DNA of 64,000 bases from Eledone cirrhosa (GCA_964016885.1 OZ024756.1:37386001-37450000); one strand, 5' to 3'. Shown: positions 24,600 to 37,274, numbered from the stretch's first letter. Notes: generated by a model from the letters alone, not told the origin. A program made the numbers and translations.

Positions 24600-24890
24600 T
24601 TCCAATTTTCTACTGCAAAAATCAAATTGAAATGTAATTGACTTTAGCTCTTGTTTGATTGGTTGAGATTCTGATTATCTAAACAGTGATTGGTAGAAAT
24701 TTGATTGGTTCAATTTTAATTGACCAATTAAGTGACACAAATTATCCAGAATCTGTCTTTTAGAAATTAAACATTTTGTATATTTTATAATCAATAGCAA
24801 CAGTAACAACAACAACAACAACAATATGAATAATAACTGAACTAAACATGTATATATACTTATATAGGCAGTAGCACTAACATGGCGTGG
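24600..24890. promoter_or_regulatory. Candidate CCAAT-box cluster with a YY1-like motif
   Basis: ATTGG at 24658, 24689 and 24704; CCAAT at 24602 and 24724; AACATGGCG at 24879. Confidence 0.3.
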
Positions 24891-25054
24891 TCCATTATAG
24901 GGGTGTATATGAAAGCATATACAATATGTTCATGTATAATAAACATATAAGAGTCTTGCTATGCATGTTTGAATATTTTAAGCTGTGATCATGTCATAGC
25001 TATCTCAGTAGCGGGTGAACATAGCAAATGGGCGTTTCTGGATTTCTATCTGTT

Positions 25055-25098
<44 letters not shown>

Positions 25099-25100
<2 letters not shown>

Positions 25101-25197
25101 GGGTGTCCCGAAAAAATGTATACACACCTTGATTACCTGTACAGGCAATATTTATTAGATTGCTGTTGGAGTCTATACGTTTTTTGGGAACACCCTG
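25099..25197. mobile_element. Tc1/mariner-type MITE
   Basis: Imperfect TIRs CAGGGTGTCCCGAAAAAATGTATA / TATACGTTTTTTGGGAACACCCTG. Confidence 0.7.
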
Positions 25198-25264
25198 TAT
25201 GTGTATCATCATCATCATCATCATTTTATGTCCGCTTTTCCCTGCTTGCAAGGGTGGGACAAGG

Positions 25265-25307
<43 letters not shown>

Positions 25308-25427
25308 AAAAGAGTCAGGACGCGGACAGCTGAGCTCCAGCCGTTTCGACAGCTAGATCCAAACTAAATATTGAATACTCTGGTGCGTTATGGTCCACCT
25401 GGTTTCTTACCACACTTTCTTTGTTAT

Positions 25428-25458
<31 letters not shown>

Positions 25459-26075
25459 AGATGCCATTTTCCCACAAAAATAAAAATATTCTTCCTATTG
25501 TTTCAGTGGGATATTCATATCTGTACAACATGGAGTTCTAACAGTGTTATTGGTCCTGCGGTCCTTAAGACAAATGTATAGATGCAACCTGACCTCATCA
25601 GCCACTTCACTAGGAGTGCAGTTTCACACATTAAGGTGTTACTGCACTTGTGATGCCAGTTGGTGCAACAGATTGGACATGCCAACTCCTACTACTGTTG
25701 GTAAGATGCATGTGGGGTGATAGTATCCTGTTCAGAATAGGTACATCATATCCCTGTACCCTGGTTGTTGTAAGAAGCAACTAAAAGGGTAGCACCAAGA
25801 CGGGCATTTTTTACTTTAAAATGTCTCACCCAGCCTGTGCCAGCATTGAAGGGTTATCATGATAGATAGATAGATATCTGTCTTTATTTAGAGTTTCTAC
25901 TTTTGGCACAAGGCCAGCGTTACCCCAGTGCACCACTGGTACTTTATTTTATCGACCTTGTAAGAATGAAAGGCGAAGTTAACCTCGGCGGATTTAAACT
26001 CAGAACGCAAAGGGCCATAACTATGCTGCAAAGCATAGTGTCTGACGCTCTACTGATACTGCCAAACCACCTTAG

Positions 26076-27140
26076 ATAGATAGATAGATAGATAGATATG
26101 TAGGTAGGTAGGTAGGTAGGTAAGTAGGTAGGTAGGTAGGTAAGTAGGTAGATAGGTAAGTAGGTAGGTAGGTAGGTAGGTAGGTAGGTAGGTAGGTAGG
26201 TAGGTAGATAGAGAGATGGATAGATTGGTAGATAGATAGATATGTTTCTTAGCTAGATAGATGGATGTATAGTTAGATAGATAGGTGGGTTGGATCACTC
26301 CCCACCCACTACACCACAACAACAACAAATCAATAACGCTCAATTTTTAAAAATTAAATTATATTAATTCTCTTGATTGCCAGGTGTGAGATAAAATAGA
26401 CATATTTAACACCTTGGCATGAGAAATAGAGAACAGTGGTGGTGGTGGTGGTGATGGGTGATGGTGGTGGTGGTGTAATGAGGGGGGTGGAAGACAGACA
26501 CACACACAAACACAGAAAGCTACACAAACAGACAGTGTTACACAAACACACATAAACACTCATATATAGACACATAAACAAAAATACACACACACACAGA
26601 CACACATAAACAGAGACACACACAGATACACATAAACAGAGACACACACAAACAGAGACACACACAGATACACACAAACAGACACACACAGACATACACA
26701 AACAGAGACACACAGATACACACAAACAGACACACACAGACATACACAAACAGAGACACACAGTCACACGCAAACAGAGACACACAGACACACATAAACA
26801 CTGATACACAGACACACAAAGACACAATGACACACACAGACAGATACACAAATGCACACATATTGACAGTGACATGCACACACAGACATACACATACAGA
26901 TACACAAATGCATGCATACTGACAGTGGGACTCCTCACATACACATATAAAGATATGCACACATAGTGTCACATACATACACAGATATACATATAATGAC
27001 TCTTACACACACACAGACAATGACACAACATTCACATACAGAGACACACAGACACACACACTCACACACACACACACATACAGACACACACACATACACA
27101 CACACACACATACAGACACACACACATACACACACACACC
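26076..27140. repeat. (GATA/GGTA)n and CA/GA-rich compound microsatellites
   Basis: Direct inspection. Confidence 0.85.
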
Positions 27141-28287
27141 GGCAGTCTTTGGTAATTTATTTTATTGATTCTGAAAGAACAATCAACAAATTTGATATTG
27201 ACAGGATTTGAACTGAGACTGCCAAGAGCTGGATTCAATACCACAAGGTATTCTTTTCCTAATTTAGGCACAAGGCCAGCAATGGTACTTTATTCCATCA
27301 ACCTCAGTAGGATGAAAGGAAACGTTGAGCAAGACACAGTCACCTGACCCGTCTTGCCTCAAACGAGACAACCCGTCTAACCCATGCTAGCATGCAAAGA
27401 ATGGACATTAAATGGTGATGATGATGATGATGATGATGATTACAAATGTAAAGGACCAGAACAAATACTGCTAAGCATTTGTCCAACATTCCAACAACAC
27501 TGCCAAGCCACCACCAATTACCCAGTGTATTACTGGTACTTTATTTTATCGACTCCTGTAAGGATGAAAAGCAAAGCTAACCTCAGCGGGATTTGAACTC
27601 AGACTGTAAAGGGACGTAACTCTATGCTGCAAAGCATGGTGTCCGACTCTCTACTGAGACTGCCAGTATAATAATAACAATAAGGAGAAAAAGAAATAAA
27701 TTATTTGGGTGTTGTCTATTGATCTGCAATGAGAAACAACAGTCGGCTGAATGAAATTATTTATTATTGATTTTCAATAAAGATATTGCAACTGAGAAAA
27801 TATTGATCGTAAGATATGAAGACAATCATTTGTATTCTAGAAAGATGACATTCTGACAATCCAATATTCTCTTCTATATTGTCACTTATTCTAATTCTTC
27901 TATTCTGATATTCTTCTCATTATTCTAATCTATTCTTCTAATCTTTTAATCTTTTTAGTCTTTGAATCCTTATTTTCTGGTTTCAGTCATTAGACTGCTG
28001 CCATGATGGGGCACTGCCATGATGGGAGGTACTTGTTTTATCTGTATCGTTTTGTCGAACTGCTAAGTTATGTCTGTGTTAACATTAACACAGACACGTA
28101 CGTAAACACGAACAATGAGACAAACAGACACACATAGACATACAGAAAACACATGAGCATAAACATGTATGCACATTTACATGCATACACATTCACATGC
28201 ATACATAAACACACACATAAATGCTATCATGTGTGTATCTATCTATCTATCTATCTAGGGCGGGTAACATTTCTGAGATCCATATAT

Positions 28288-28328
<41 letters not shown>

Positions 28329-28343
28329 CGTCCCCTCAATCTT

Positions 28344-28379
28344 TCTTCTGATGAAGGACTAGCGTCCGAAACGTCAAGA
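28344..28379 (+). ncRNA. Minimal type I hammerhead ribozyme (family B, intact copy)
   Basis: TCTT-CTGATGA-A-GGAC-tagc-GTCC-GAA-ACGT-C-AAGA; stem I TCTT/AAGA, 4-bp stem II, palindromic ACGT stem III, GUC triplet. Confidence 0.75.
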
Positions 28380-29159
28380 CCCTCTTCCTGCTATATCAAG
28401 CATTAACCTAATATATGCCTTCCATATACTGTACCGATTGTGTTGTTATTTCTGTTTACCTTTTATACATATATATATATATAGATACGGGGTAACAGAT
28501 TATTGTTATAGGTAGTCCACTTAGGTGTAGTCCAGTTAGGGTACTCCGAGTAGTGGATGATATCAACGCTTGGCTAAGTTTGACTCAGCAAGGCGTTTCC
28601 ATAGTGATGCTGCGAGTACGTGGTGATTTCTATGTTGTTGACACTTGGAGTAATGATAAATCAGGAAAGAAGAGTGACACGGTTTGCTATATATAGTATA
28701 GAAGCCATGCCTGTATATTCCTTTCATTCTCACAACCTCTGATGAATTGACTGGTTACAACTATGTATTGGTTTTCGAATGACGTGAAAACAAGCGGGTA
28801 GAGATCTCTAGACCTACCAGTTCAGAGAAACAATTGTCAGCAATGAGATTAAAAACCTTTTTTGTATAGCAAACCGTGTCACTCTTCTTTCCTGATTTAT
28901 ATATATATATATATATATGTGTATGTGCATGTAAGTGTATGTATAGATATATATGTATAGATACATACATATAAATACACACATGTATCTTTATATTGCA
29001 TGCATAACGGGTGTATGATTGTGTATATGTATGTGTATTACTTTGTGTGTGTGTGTATGTGTATGTCACCCCCTCCACCTTCGAGATCTGGAATTACTAC
29101 AGATGCTATCTTATTGACAGTTAATAGATCTAATCTAATCAACGAACAAGGTCGGTGTG

Positions 29160-29248
29160 TGTATATGAAAAAAAAAATATATATATATCTATATATATTT
29201 ATGTATATATATATTTATGTATGTATATATATATGTATATATATATAT

Positions 29249-29328
<80 letters not shown>

Positions 29329-29369
29329 GTATATATACATATATATATATATTTGTATATATATATATT

Positions 29370-29435
<66 letters not shown>

Positions 29436-29461
29436 TTTGTATATATATATATATATATTTG

Positions 29462-29498
<37 letters not shown>

Positions 29499-29579
29499 GT
29501 TTTTGTGTTAGTGTATTTATAGTATGTGAATGTGCATATGTATATGTACATGTGTGCGTGTATATGATTATGCATATGC

Positions 29580-29613
<34 letters not shown>

Positions 29614-29918
29614 GAAGAGAGAGAGAGAGGGAGTCACATATGCCTACATACATGTATACATATGCATTTATTTAAATGTAAATATGTATATTTATCTATG
29701 TATCGATGTATCTATATATGTATATATTTATATATGTGTACATACATATATATATATATATATATATGAGTATGAATACACAGACACATATATATATGTG
29801 TGTGTGAGTGTGTATATAGACATATATACATACATATATAATTACATATGCATTTATTTAAATGTAAATATGTATCTATGTATCAATGTATCTATATATG
29901 TATATATTTATATATGTG

Positions 29919-29968
<50 letters not shown>

Positions 29969-30094
29969 TATGAATACACAGACACATATATATATGTGAG
30001 TGTGTATATAGACATATATACATACATATATAATTACATATGCATTTATGTAAATGTACATATGTATTTATGTATTATATATATGCATGCGAAC

Positions 30095-30135
<41 letters not shown>

Positions 30136-30150
30136 TGTATGATGTATGTA
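29160..30150. repeat. (TA)n-rich compound microsatellite with a ~190-bp local duplication
   Basis: Direct inspection. Confidence 0.85.
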
Positions 30151-30316
30151 TACACCACTAAAGTGACAGTTTACGAAGAAGATTCTCATGTTTATTAATG
30201 GGTAATTACTTTTAGCTTCTAGTGAATACTAAATATACAGTGTGTATGTGTGGGTGTGTATATATATATAAAATACACACATATGCTGCATATTTAGTAT
30301 ATATATATATATATAT

Positions 30317-30663
30317 GGAGGCAAATGGCTTAGTGGTTAGAGCATTGGCCTTGCAATCGAAAGGTTGTGAGTTCAATTCTCAGACCGGGTGATGTGTTGT
30401 TTCCTTGAGCAAGACACTTTATTTCACATTGCTCCAGTTTACTCAGCTGTAGAAATGAGATGATAGGGACTGGGGTCCCTATCATTCCACTGCAAAGTGG
30501 TCGTGGAGGTGCCATGGCAAAAAAAGCACCCAGCACTCACTGTAAATGAGGTTGGTGTTAGGAAGGGCTCCAGCTGTAGAAATCAAGCCAGAATCAGTTC
30601 CCGTCCCACCCTTGCAAGCAGGGAAAAGCAGACGTAAAATGAAATGATGATGATGATGATGAT
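30317..30663 (+). mobile_element. Full-length tRNA-derived SINE with an RTE-derived 3' tail
   Basis: A-box TGGCTTAGTGG, B-box GAGTTCAATTC, core ccttgagcaagacac, ggaaggg..ccagctgtagaaa, tail cccacccttgcaagcagggaaaagc..(GAT)n. Copies at 35917, 56731, 62527(-), 33867(-) and 38863. Confidence 0.9.
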
Positions 30664-30674
30664 ATAGTATGTGT

Positions 30675-30890
30675 GAAGGTGTGTGGCTGATTGGTTAGAG
30701 AACTGGATTCATAATCGTGAGGTTGTGAGTTCGATTCCTGGACCGGGCGACACGTTACGTCCTTGAGCAAGACACTTTATTTCACGTTGCTCCTTCTACC
30801 TAGAGTTGCGACCGATAGATAGTACTAGCAACTGGAAAGACCAACGGGAACATTGTTTCCTCGGTCCGATATGATGAAAGTCGATTGATA
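30675..30890 (+). mobile_element. Full-length tRNA-derived SINE (second family)
   Basis: A/B boxes (tggctgattgg, gagttcgattcc), CORE-like segment and a distinct tail. Confidence 0.85.
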
Positions 30891-31539
30891 AATTTTATTT
30901 TATTTTATATATGTATCTATATATATACATATATATATATATAAACACATACATGCTTCATATTTAGTATACATATATATATATATACACACACTCACAT
31001 ATATATACACATCTATATATATGTGTGTGTATGTATGTACACAATTGTACATTGGTAACTATTATATATTGTGTTTCTGTGATAAATTTACTTCAGCCCC
31101 TTCCTTACCATATTTCTAATGTAGAACACTGCCGGTCATTTTTCAAATCATTCAAAAATAACCAAGAATTTGGGGGGATTTAGTAATATATCTAACCTCA
31201 TTATTAAATTGGCAGTATCGGTAGAGGGTCGGACGCCATGCTTTGCAGCATAGAGTTACGTCCCTTTGCGTTTTGAGTTCAAATTCCGCCGAAGTTAACT
31301 TTGCATTTCATCCTTACGGGGTCGATAAAATAAAGTACCAGTAATACACTGGGATAATTGCTGGCCTTGTGCCAAACATAGAAACAGTTATTGTAGAGCA
31401 TTGGCCAACATGCTTTGCAGCACAGAGTTACGTCCATTTACGTTCTGAGTTCAAATTCAAAAGAGGTTAACTTTGTCTTTCATCCTTATGGAGTTGATAA
31501 AATTAAGTACCAGTCATGTACTGGGATCGATTTAATCGC

Positions 31540-33170
31540 CTTTCAAACAGACCCACAAACAGACCCACAGAATGACTGACAGACAGAGCCACAGATAGAC
31601 AGATAGACAGACTAACTGACAAACAGATCCACAGATCGACAGACAGACAGATTGACTGACAGACAGACAGACAGGTCCACTAACAAACAGACCCACAGAT
31701 AGACAGACAGACAGACTGACAGACAAACAGATCCACAGATCGACAGACAGACAGACTGACAAACAGACAGACAGGTCCACTGATAAACAGACCCACAGAT
31801 AGACAGACAAACAGACTGACAGACAAAGCTGACCGAGAAAAAAAGAAAGAAAAAATAAAAAGAAAGCCCAGAACAAAACACAAAATAATAACAAAAGCAA
31901 ATAAAAACCCCAAAACCAAGATGGCTTTTAAGAAACAAACATGTTTAATGACAAGATGGCTTAACATTATTTGTGTTTTTTCTTTTCTCCATTAATTATT
32001 AAAGGATGCACTCAATAAAAGTAGCCTAATTCGATTGTTAGCAATGGTTTCTTTATTTCTTCTCCAATTTTTTTTTTTCTCCATTTTTTTTTAAATATCT
32101 CATCCACTTTTAAAAAATATTTTATTCATTTTTTTTAATGTTTTATTCGGTTTTTTTTTTATATTTTATCCATTTAAAAAAAATATTTTATTCATTTTTT
32201 TTTGTTTTATTCGTTTTTTTTAAAAATATTTTATCCATTTTTGGTTGTTTTTTTTTCAATTTTTTAAACATTTTCTTCAATTGTTTTCTTTTTATTCAAC
32301 TTTTATTCTTGTTTTATTCATTTTTTTATAATCTTTTATTCAATTTTTTTTCTACATTTTATGATTTTTTTAAATAGTTTATTATTTGTTTTTTAATGTT
32401 GTATTAATTTTTGCTGTATTGTTTTTTTTTGTTTTTTTAATATATATTTTATACAATTTTTCATTGTTTTATAATTTTTTTAAATGTTTTATTAGTTGTA
32501 TTTTTGTTTATGTTTCGTTCCATTTATTTTTGTTTTATTTATTTTTAAAGCGTTTTGTTAAGTTTTTAAAATGTTTTATTTTATTTTTAGTTTATTTTAA
32601 AATATTTTATTCAACTTTTTGTTTGAAATATTTTACTCGTTTTTAAAAAAAAATGTTTTATTCAATATTTTTATTTGTTCTTGTATTGATATGTTGTTTT
32701 TTTACTTTTTGTTGTTTTATTTTCCATTTTTCAGTAGAATTTGTCTTGAAATTTCATTCAATTAGATTGTTGTTCATTTCAATTGTATTCTCCATTCCAG
32801 TTTTTCAAAATAACCGTCTTCATATTCCTGTCATAGAGCTGGGATAGTTGGCTAGTCATTTTAGAGCTTATAAGGTGTGTGTGTGTGTGTTTGTGTTTGT
32901 GTGTGTGTTTGTGTTTGTGTGTTTGTTTGTTTGTGTTTGTGTGTGTGTGTGTGTGTGTTGTTTGCGTTTGTTTGTGTGTGTGTTTGTGATTGTGTGTGTG
33001 TTTGTGTGAGTGTGTGTGTGTGTTTGTGTTTGTTTGTGTGTGAGACAGAGAGAGAGAAAGAAAGAGAGTAGGGAGAAAGAAAGAGAGAGGGTGGGAGAAT
33101 GGGGGGAAATAGAGAGAGAGAGTGAGATAAAGATGGAGGGAAAGGATGGTAGAAAGAAGGAGATAAAGAA
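31540..33170. repeat. (GACA)n, T-rich and (GT)n/(GA)n low-complexity block
   Basis: Direct inspection. Confidence 0.8.
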
Positions 33171-33780
33171 AGAGATTATTAAAAGCAAATAACAGGATCA
33201 ATTTTTATTTTTATTTTTATTTAGATTTAACAAATTAAAAACTTTGCCATTTATAGATTTTTCATTTACTTAAATTAAAGGTCATATTATTTCTTGTTAA
33301 TTATTCAACCATTGATTTTATTATTGTATACTTGTCTCTCCTCATAATGATACCATCCAGCTCCACACTGTAATTGGGGGTGCAGAGCCCAAACTATGGT
33401 TCCACTGTGAGAAGGGTTTGGCATGGCCAACTCGCCTGTCCCTCCTCATAGCGATACCATCCAGCTCCACACTGTAATTGTGGTTGGTGTTAGGAAGAGC
33501 ATTCAGCTGTAAAAACCACGGCCAAATTTACAATCCCGTCAGAGCCAGGTACAGTGTGGCCAATCCTGACCAGACATGTTCCTCGTCGCGGACTACCCAT
33601 CTGACCCATAAAAGCATAAAAAAATGGACGTTAAATGGTGATAGAACTATAGAACTAGCTGTTGAAATGACAACAGCTCAGCCATTGGGTCCTGATGCTT
33701 TATATAACTATATATATATAACTATATATATTATAACTAGGGAACAAAGAATCAGTATTGCATCTTATACATATTTAATC

Positions 33781-33835
33781 ACATATTACATATGTTTCAC
33801 TGTCAATCAGCTCAAGGAACGATCCTCAGATATGT
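33781..33835 (-). ncRNA. Type I hammerhead motif (family D)
   Basis: Reverse complement reads ACATAT-CTGAGGA-[24 nt]-GAA-ACATATGT-A-ATATGT. Confidence 0.65.
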
Positions 33836-33866
33836 GCTTTCACATGTAGACTCACGTCCATGGATA

Positions 33867-34221
33867 TCATCATCATCATCATCACCGTTTTACGTCCGTT
33901 CTTCCATGCTAGCATAGATTAGACAGGTTGTCCTGTTGTGGGCAGTGTCTGGTCGGTTGACCATGCCTTGCTCATACAGGAACTGATTCTGGCTTGACTT
34001 CTACAGCTGGATGCCCTTCCTAACACCAACCTCATTTACAGTGAGTGCTGGGTGCTTTTTTGCTGCCATGTCACCTCCACGACCACTTTGCAGTGGAATG
34101 ATAGGAACCCCAGTCCCTATCATCTCATTTCTACAGCTGAGTGAACTGGGGCAATGTGAAATAAAGTGTCTTGCTCAAAAAAACAACACATCACCCGGTC
34201 TGAGAATTGAACTCACAACCT
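33867..34221 (-). mobile_element. SINE of the 30317 family with an alternative tail
   Basis: Body nearly identical to 30317; different RTE-like tail (tgctagcatggaagaacggacgtaaaacggtgatgatg). Confidence 0.85.
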
Positions 34222-34611
34222 TATATATATATGTATACATATATGTATGTACGTATAGATAGATAGATATACATATACATATGTGGATGCCGAGTTAAAG
34301 CAGGGGGGAACCACAGCCATTTCTATATTAAATAAATATATATATATGTATTACAACACCAATAATGATAAAGAGAAGGGCAGATGTAGATATTCATAAT
34401 TCATTTATTCATATGCCAGATTAGGAACAAAATGAATTAGAAACATCTACATCTGGTTTTCTCAAATTATTATTGTACCTGTACTATGTGTTGGACTACC
34501 AAATCGGATTTGGAAGGATACACATATGTTTGAACCTAATTACATCATTGTTTACTGATTGGTGTACTAGATATACAATCCTGGTTATCAACATCTACTG
34601 TACACAAATAT

Positions 34612-34945
34612 ATCATCATCATCATCATCATTATCATCATTTTACGTCCGCTTTTCCCTGCTTGCAAGGGTGGGACAGGTCCTATTCAGCACAGCATATC
34701 TCCACTTGTCACGGTCCTTCGTCATCTCCTCTGTGAGCTTCAGCAATCTGAGGTCTGCTCTCACCACCTCCACCCATGTTTTTCGTGGTCTTCCTCTACT
34801 ACGTCTTCCTTCAACTGGCATTTCTTGGCACTTCTTTACCCAGCGGTCATCCTCCATGCGCATCATATTTCCATACCATCGCAGTCTTCTCTCCCGCACA
34901 CTACAACTTATCCCTCTTATACACAGTTTCTCTTTCAACACATCC
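34612..34945 (-). mobile_element. RTE LINE 3' fragment
   Basis: ORF 34642..34977: LKEKLCIRGISCSVRERRLRWYG..GRPRKTW; (GAT)n tail. Confidence 0.9.
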
Positions 34946-34949
34946 ATGC

Positions 34950-35192
34950 TATTTATGATGAACTCTCCCGTCAACAAAAGTTCAGCTCTCTGGATGGTGG
35001 TGTCTCATGTGACATTTCAATCCTGCCAGTGACCAACAGACCAAACCACATAGGTCGCAGGAGCAAGAGTTTATGGAGAGTCTTGCAGGTATCAAGGTCC
35101 GTTGTTTCGTCCCTGTTCGGTCAACACGCAATTTCTCCATGCGACTGGATTCAAAACTCTTGATCTCACTATGGCACCTTTCTCTCCAGTCC
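34950..35192 (-). mobile_element. RTE-BovB-like LINE C-terminal fragment with a C2H2 finger
   Basis: DWRERC..FESSR..LR..R...CDLCGLVCWSLAGLKCHMRHH*. Confidence 0.65.
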
Positions 35193-35213
35193 TTTATGTA
35201 TGTATATATATAC

Positions 35214-35266
<53 letters not shown>

Positions 35267-35916
35267 AAAGGTAAACAGAAACAGCAACACAATCCGCACA
35301 GTATATGGATGGAATATATTAGGATAACGCTTGAAATAGCAGGAAGAGGGTCTTAACGTTTTGGACGCTAGTCCTTCATCAGAAGAAAGGATGAGAAATT
35401 AGAAAGATTGAAGGGACAGGCGGGGCAGAATCGGACAACATCAACAACAACAACATCACCACCAACAACACCACCACCAACAAAATCATCACCACCACCA
35501 ACATCAACAACATCCTCACCACCACCAACAACACCACCACCACCAATACCACCAACAACACCACCACCAACAACAGCAACAACAATTATAGAAGTATGCT
35601 GCATGACCTGCACTTTGCTGCTGCTGCTGCAGTTATGTGGTTGCCATAACAACAAACGATAGCAGCAGCAGTCATTGCAGCCACTGCAACCAGTGTTACT
35701 TCAGCTGCATCAAAGTAGATATTATGCACATATAGGTGCAGGCATGGCTGTGTGGTTAAGGAGGTAAGCTTCGGAATCATGTGGTTTTAAGTTCAGTGTC
35801 GAACATTTGAAATAGTACATTAGAAAGTCATGTAAAATACCAATATATATATATATATATATATATGATGATGATGATGATGATGATGATATATATATAT
35901 ATATATATATATATAT

Positions 35917-36234
35917 GGAGGCACATGGCTTAGTGGTTAGAGCATTGGCCTTGCAATCGAAAGGGTGATGTGATGTTTCCTTGAGCAAGACACTTTATTT
36001 CACATTGCTCCAGTTTACTCAGCTGTAGAAATGAGATGATAGGACTGGGGTCCATATCATTCCACTGCAAAGTGGTCGTGGAGGTGCCACGGTAAAAAAG
36101 CACCCAGCACTCACTGTAAATGAGGTTGGTGTTAGGAAGGGCATCCAGCAGTAGAAATCAAGCCACAATCAGTTTCCGTCCCACCCTTGCAAGCAAGGAA
36201 AAGCGGACGTAAAATGATGATGATGATGATGATG
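35917..36234 (+). mobile_element. SINE of the 30317 family
   Basis: Near-identical to 30317-30663, with a deletion removing the B-box. Confidence 0.88.
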
Positions 36235-36239
36235 AATAT

Positions 36240-36510
36240 ATAGTAATAATAATAAATGTGAAGACTAAAATCCAAAGAGGGCTTGATAAGGATAAATATA
36301 TATCAAATATTTCAGAACTGTAGAGCAAATATTTATTAAAATAACAGATTAAAGTTTAAGCAATGAATCACTGCTTTCACCCTTCTGCTGCAACGTTTTT
36401 CAAAATATTTACTTCTGTGTTCACAGATTCATTTTTTTAGTTTCAGAAGATCCCCTTAAGGGTGAAAGCAACGATTCTTTGCATAAACTTTAATCTGTTA
36501 TTTTAATATA
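36240..36510. mobile_element. Fold-back element with hammerhead-like motif (family E)
   Basis: Inverted arms ~36335-36384 / 36459-36508; AGTTT-CAGAAGA-TCCCCttaaGGGT-GAAA-GCA..TGC-AT-AAACT. Confidence 0.55.
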
Positions 36511-37073
36511 TATATATATCAGATAAAGTGTGGTAGAAACCAGCTAGACCATAACCCACCAGAGTACTCAACTCTAGGAGTAGTAGAGTGGGTAATATGA
36601 AAAGATTCGGGACCCTGTTTGGATCTAGCTGTCAAAACGGCTGGAGCTCAGCCATCGAGGTCCTGAATCTTTTCATATATATATAAATATATATATATAT
36701 ATAAATATATATATTTATATATATCGAGAGTCGATCAACTTTTGTCAAATTGGACCGAGGAAACAATGTTTCCATTGGTCTTTCCAATTGTTAATACTAT
36801 CTATTGGTCGCAAATCCAGATAGAAGGAGCAACGTTAAATAAAGTGTCTTGCCCAAGGACCTAACACATTGCCCAGTCCGGGAGCACTCAGCCATGTGTC
36901 TTCATATATATATTATAAAGAGTCAGGACCCCAATGACTGACCTCATGCCATTTCAACAACTGGTATATATAATATAACCATACTCTACTACCCCAAGTA
37001 TTGAGTACTTTGGTGAGTAATGGTCTAACCAGTTTCAAACTGAATCCATCCTTCTATATATATATATATATAT

Positions 37074-37273
37074 AGTTTTAATATAGATGAGATTCTACAG
37101 GACTAGAACTGTTTCATTCATTAGAAATCATCAGGAATCATGATTCCTGATGATTTCTAATGAATGAAACAGTTCTAGTCCTGTAGAATCTCATCTATAT
37201 TAAAACTGTTATACTCTGCTATGTATTGAGTACCTTACTTACTGTGGTTACCTCCGATTCAACCCGGAATAAC

Positions 37274-37274
<1 letters not shown>
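37074..37274 (+). mobile_element. Perfect-palindrome hammerhead element (family A)
   Basis: 67-bp perfect inverted repeat with no spacer (37074-37140 / 37141-37207) plus a 67-nt tail, flanked by (TA)n on both sides. Confidence 0.75.
37142..37190 (+). ncRNA. Type I hammerhead ribozyme motif (family A)
   Basis: GATTC-CTGATGA-TTTCtaatGAAT-GAA-ACAG-ttctagtc-CTGT-A-GAATC; GUA triplet; a mirror copy is on the minus strand at 37091-37139. Confidence 0.75.

Noticed and set aside
25590-25630. Minus-strand GAAA...CTGATGA as a permuted hammerhead
   Set aside because: No consistent stems and no NUH triplet.
30317-30390. tRNA genes at SINE heads (also 30675, 35917, 37330, 62800)
   Set aside because: A and B boxes are present but there is no complete cloverleaf, and most continue directly into SINE bodies.
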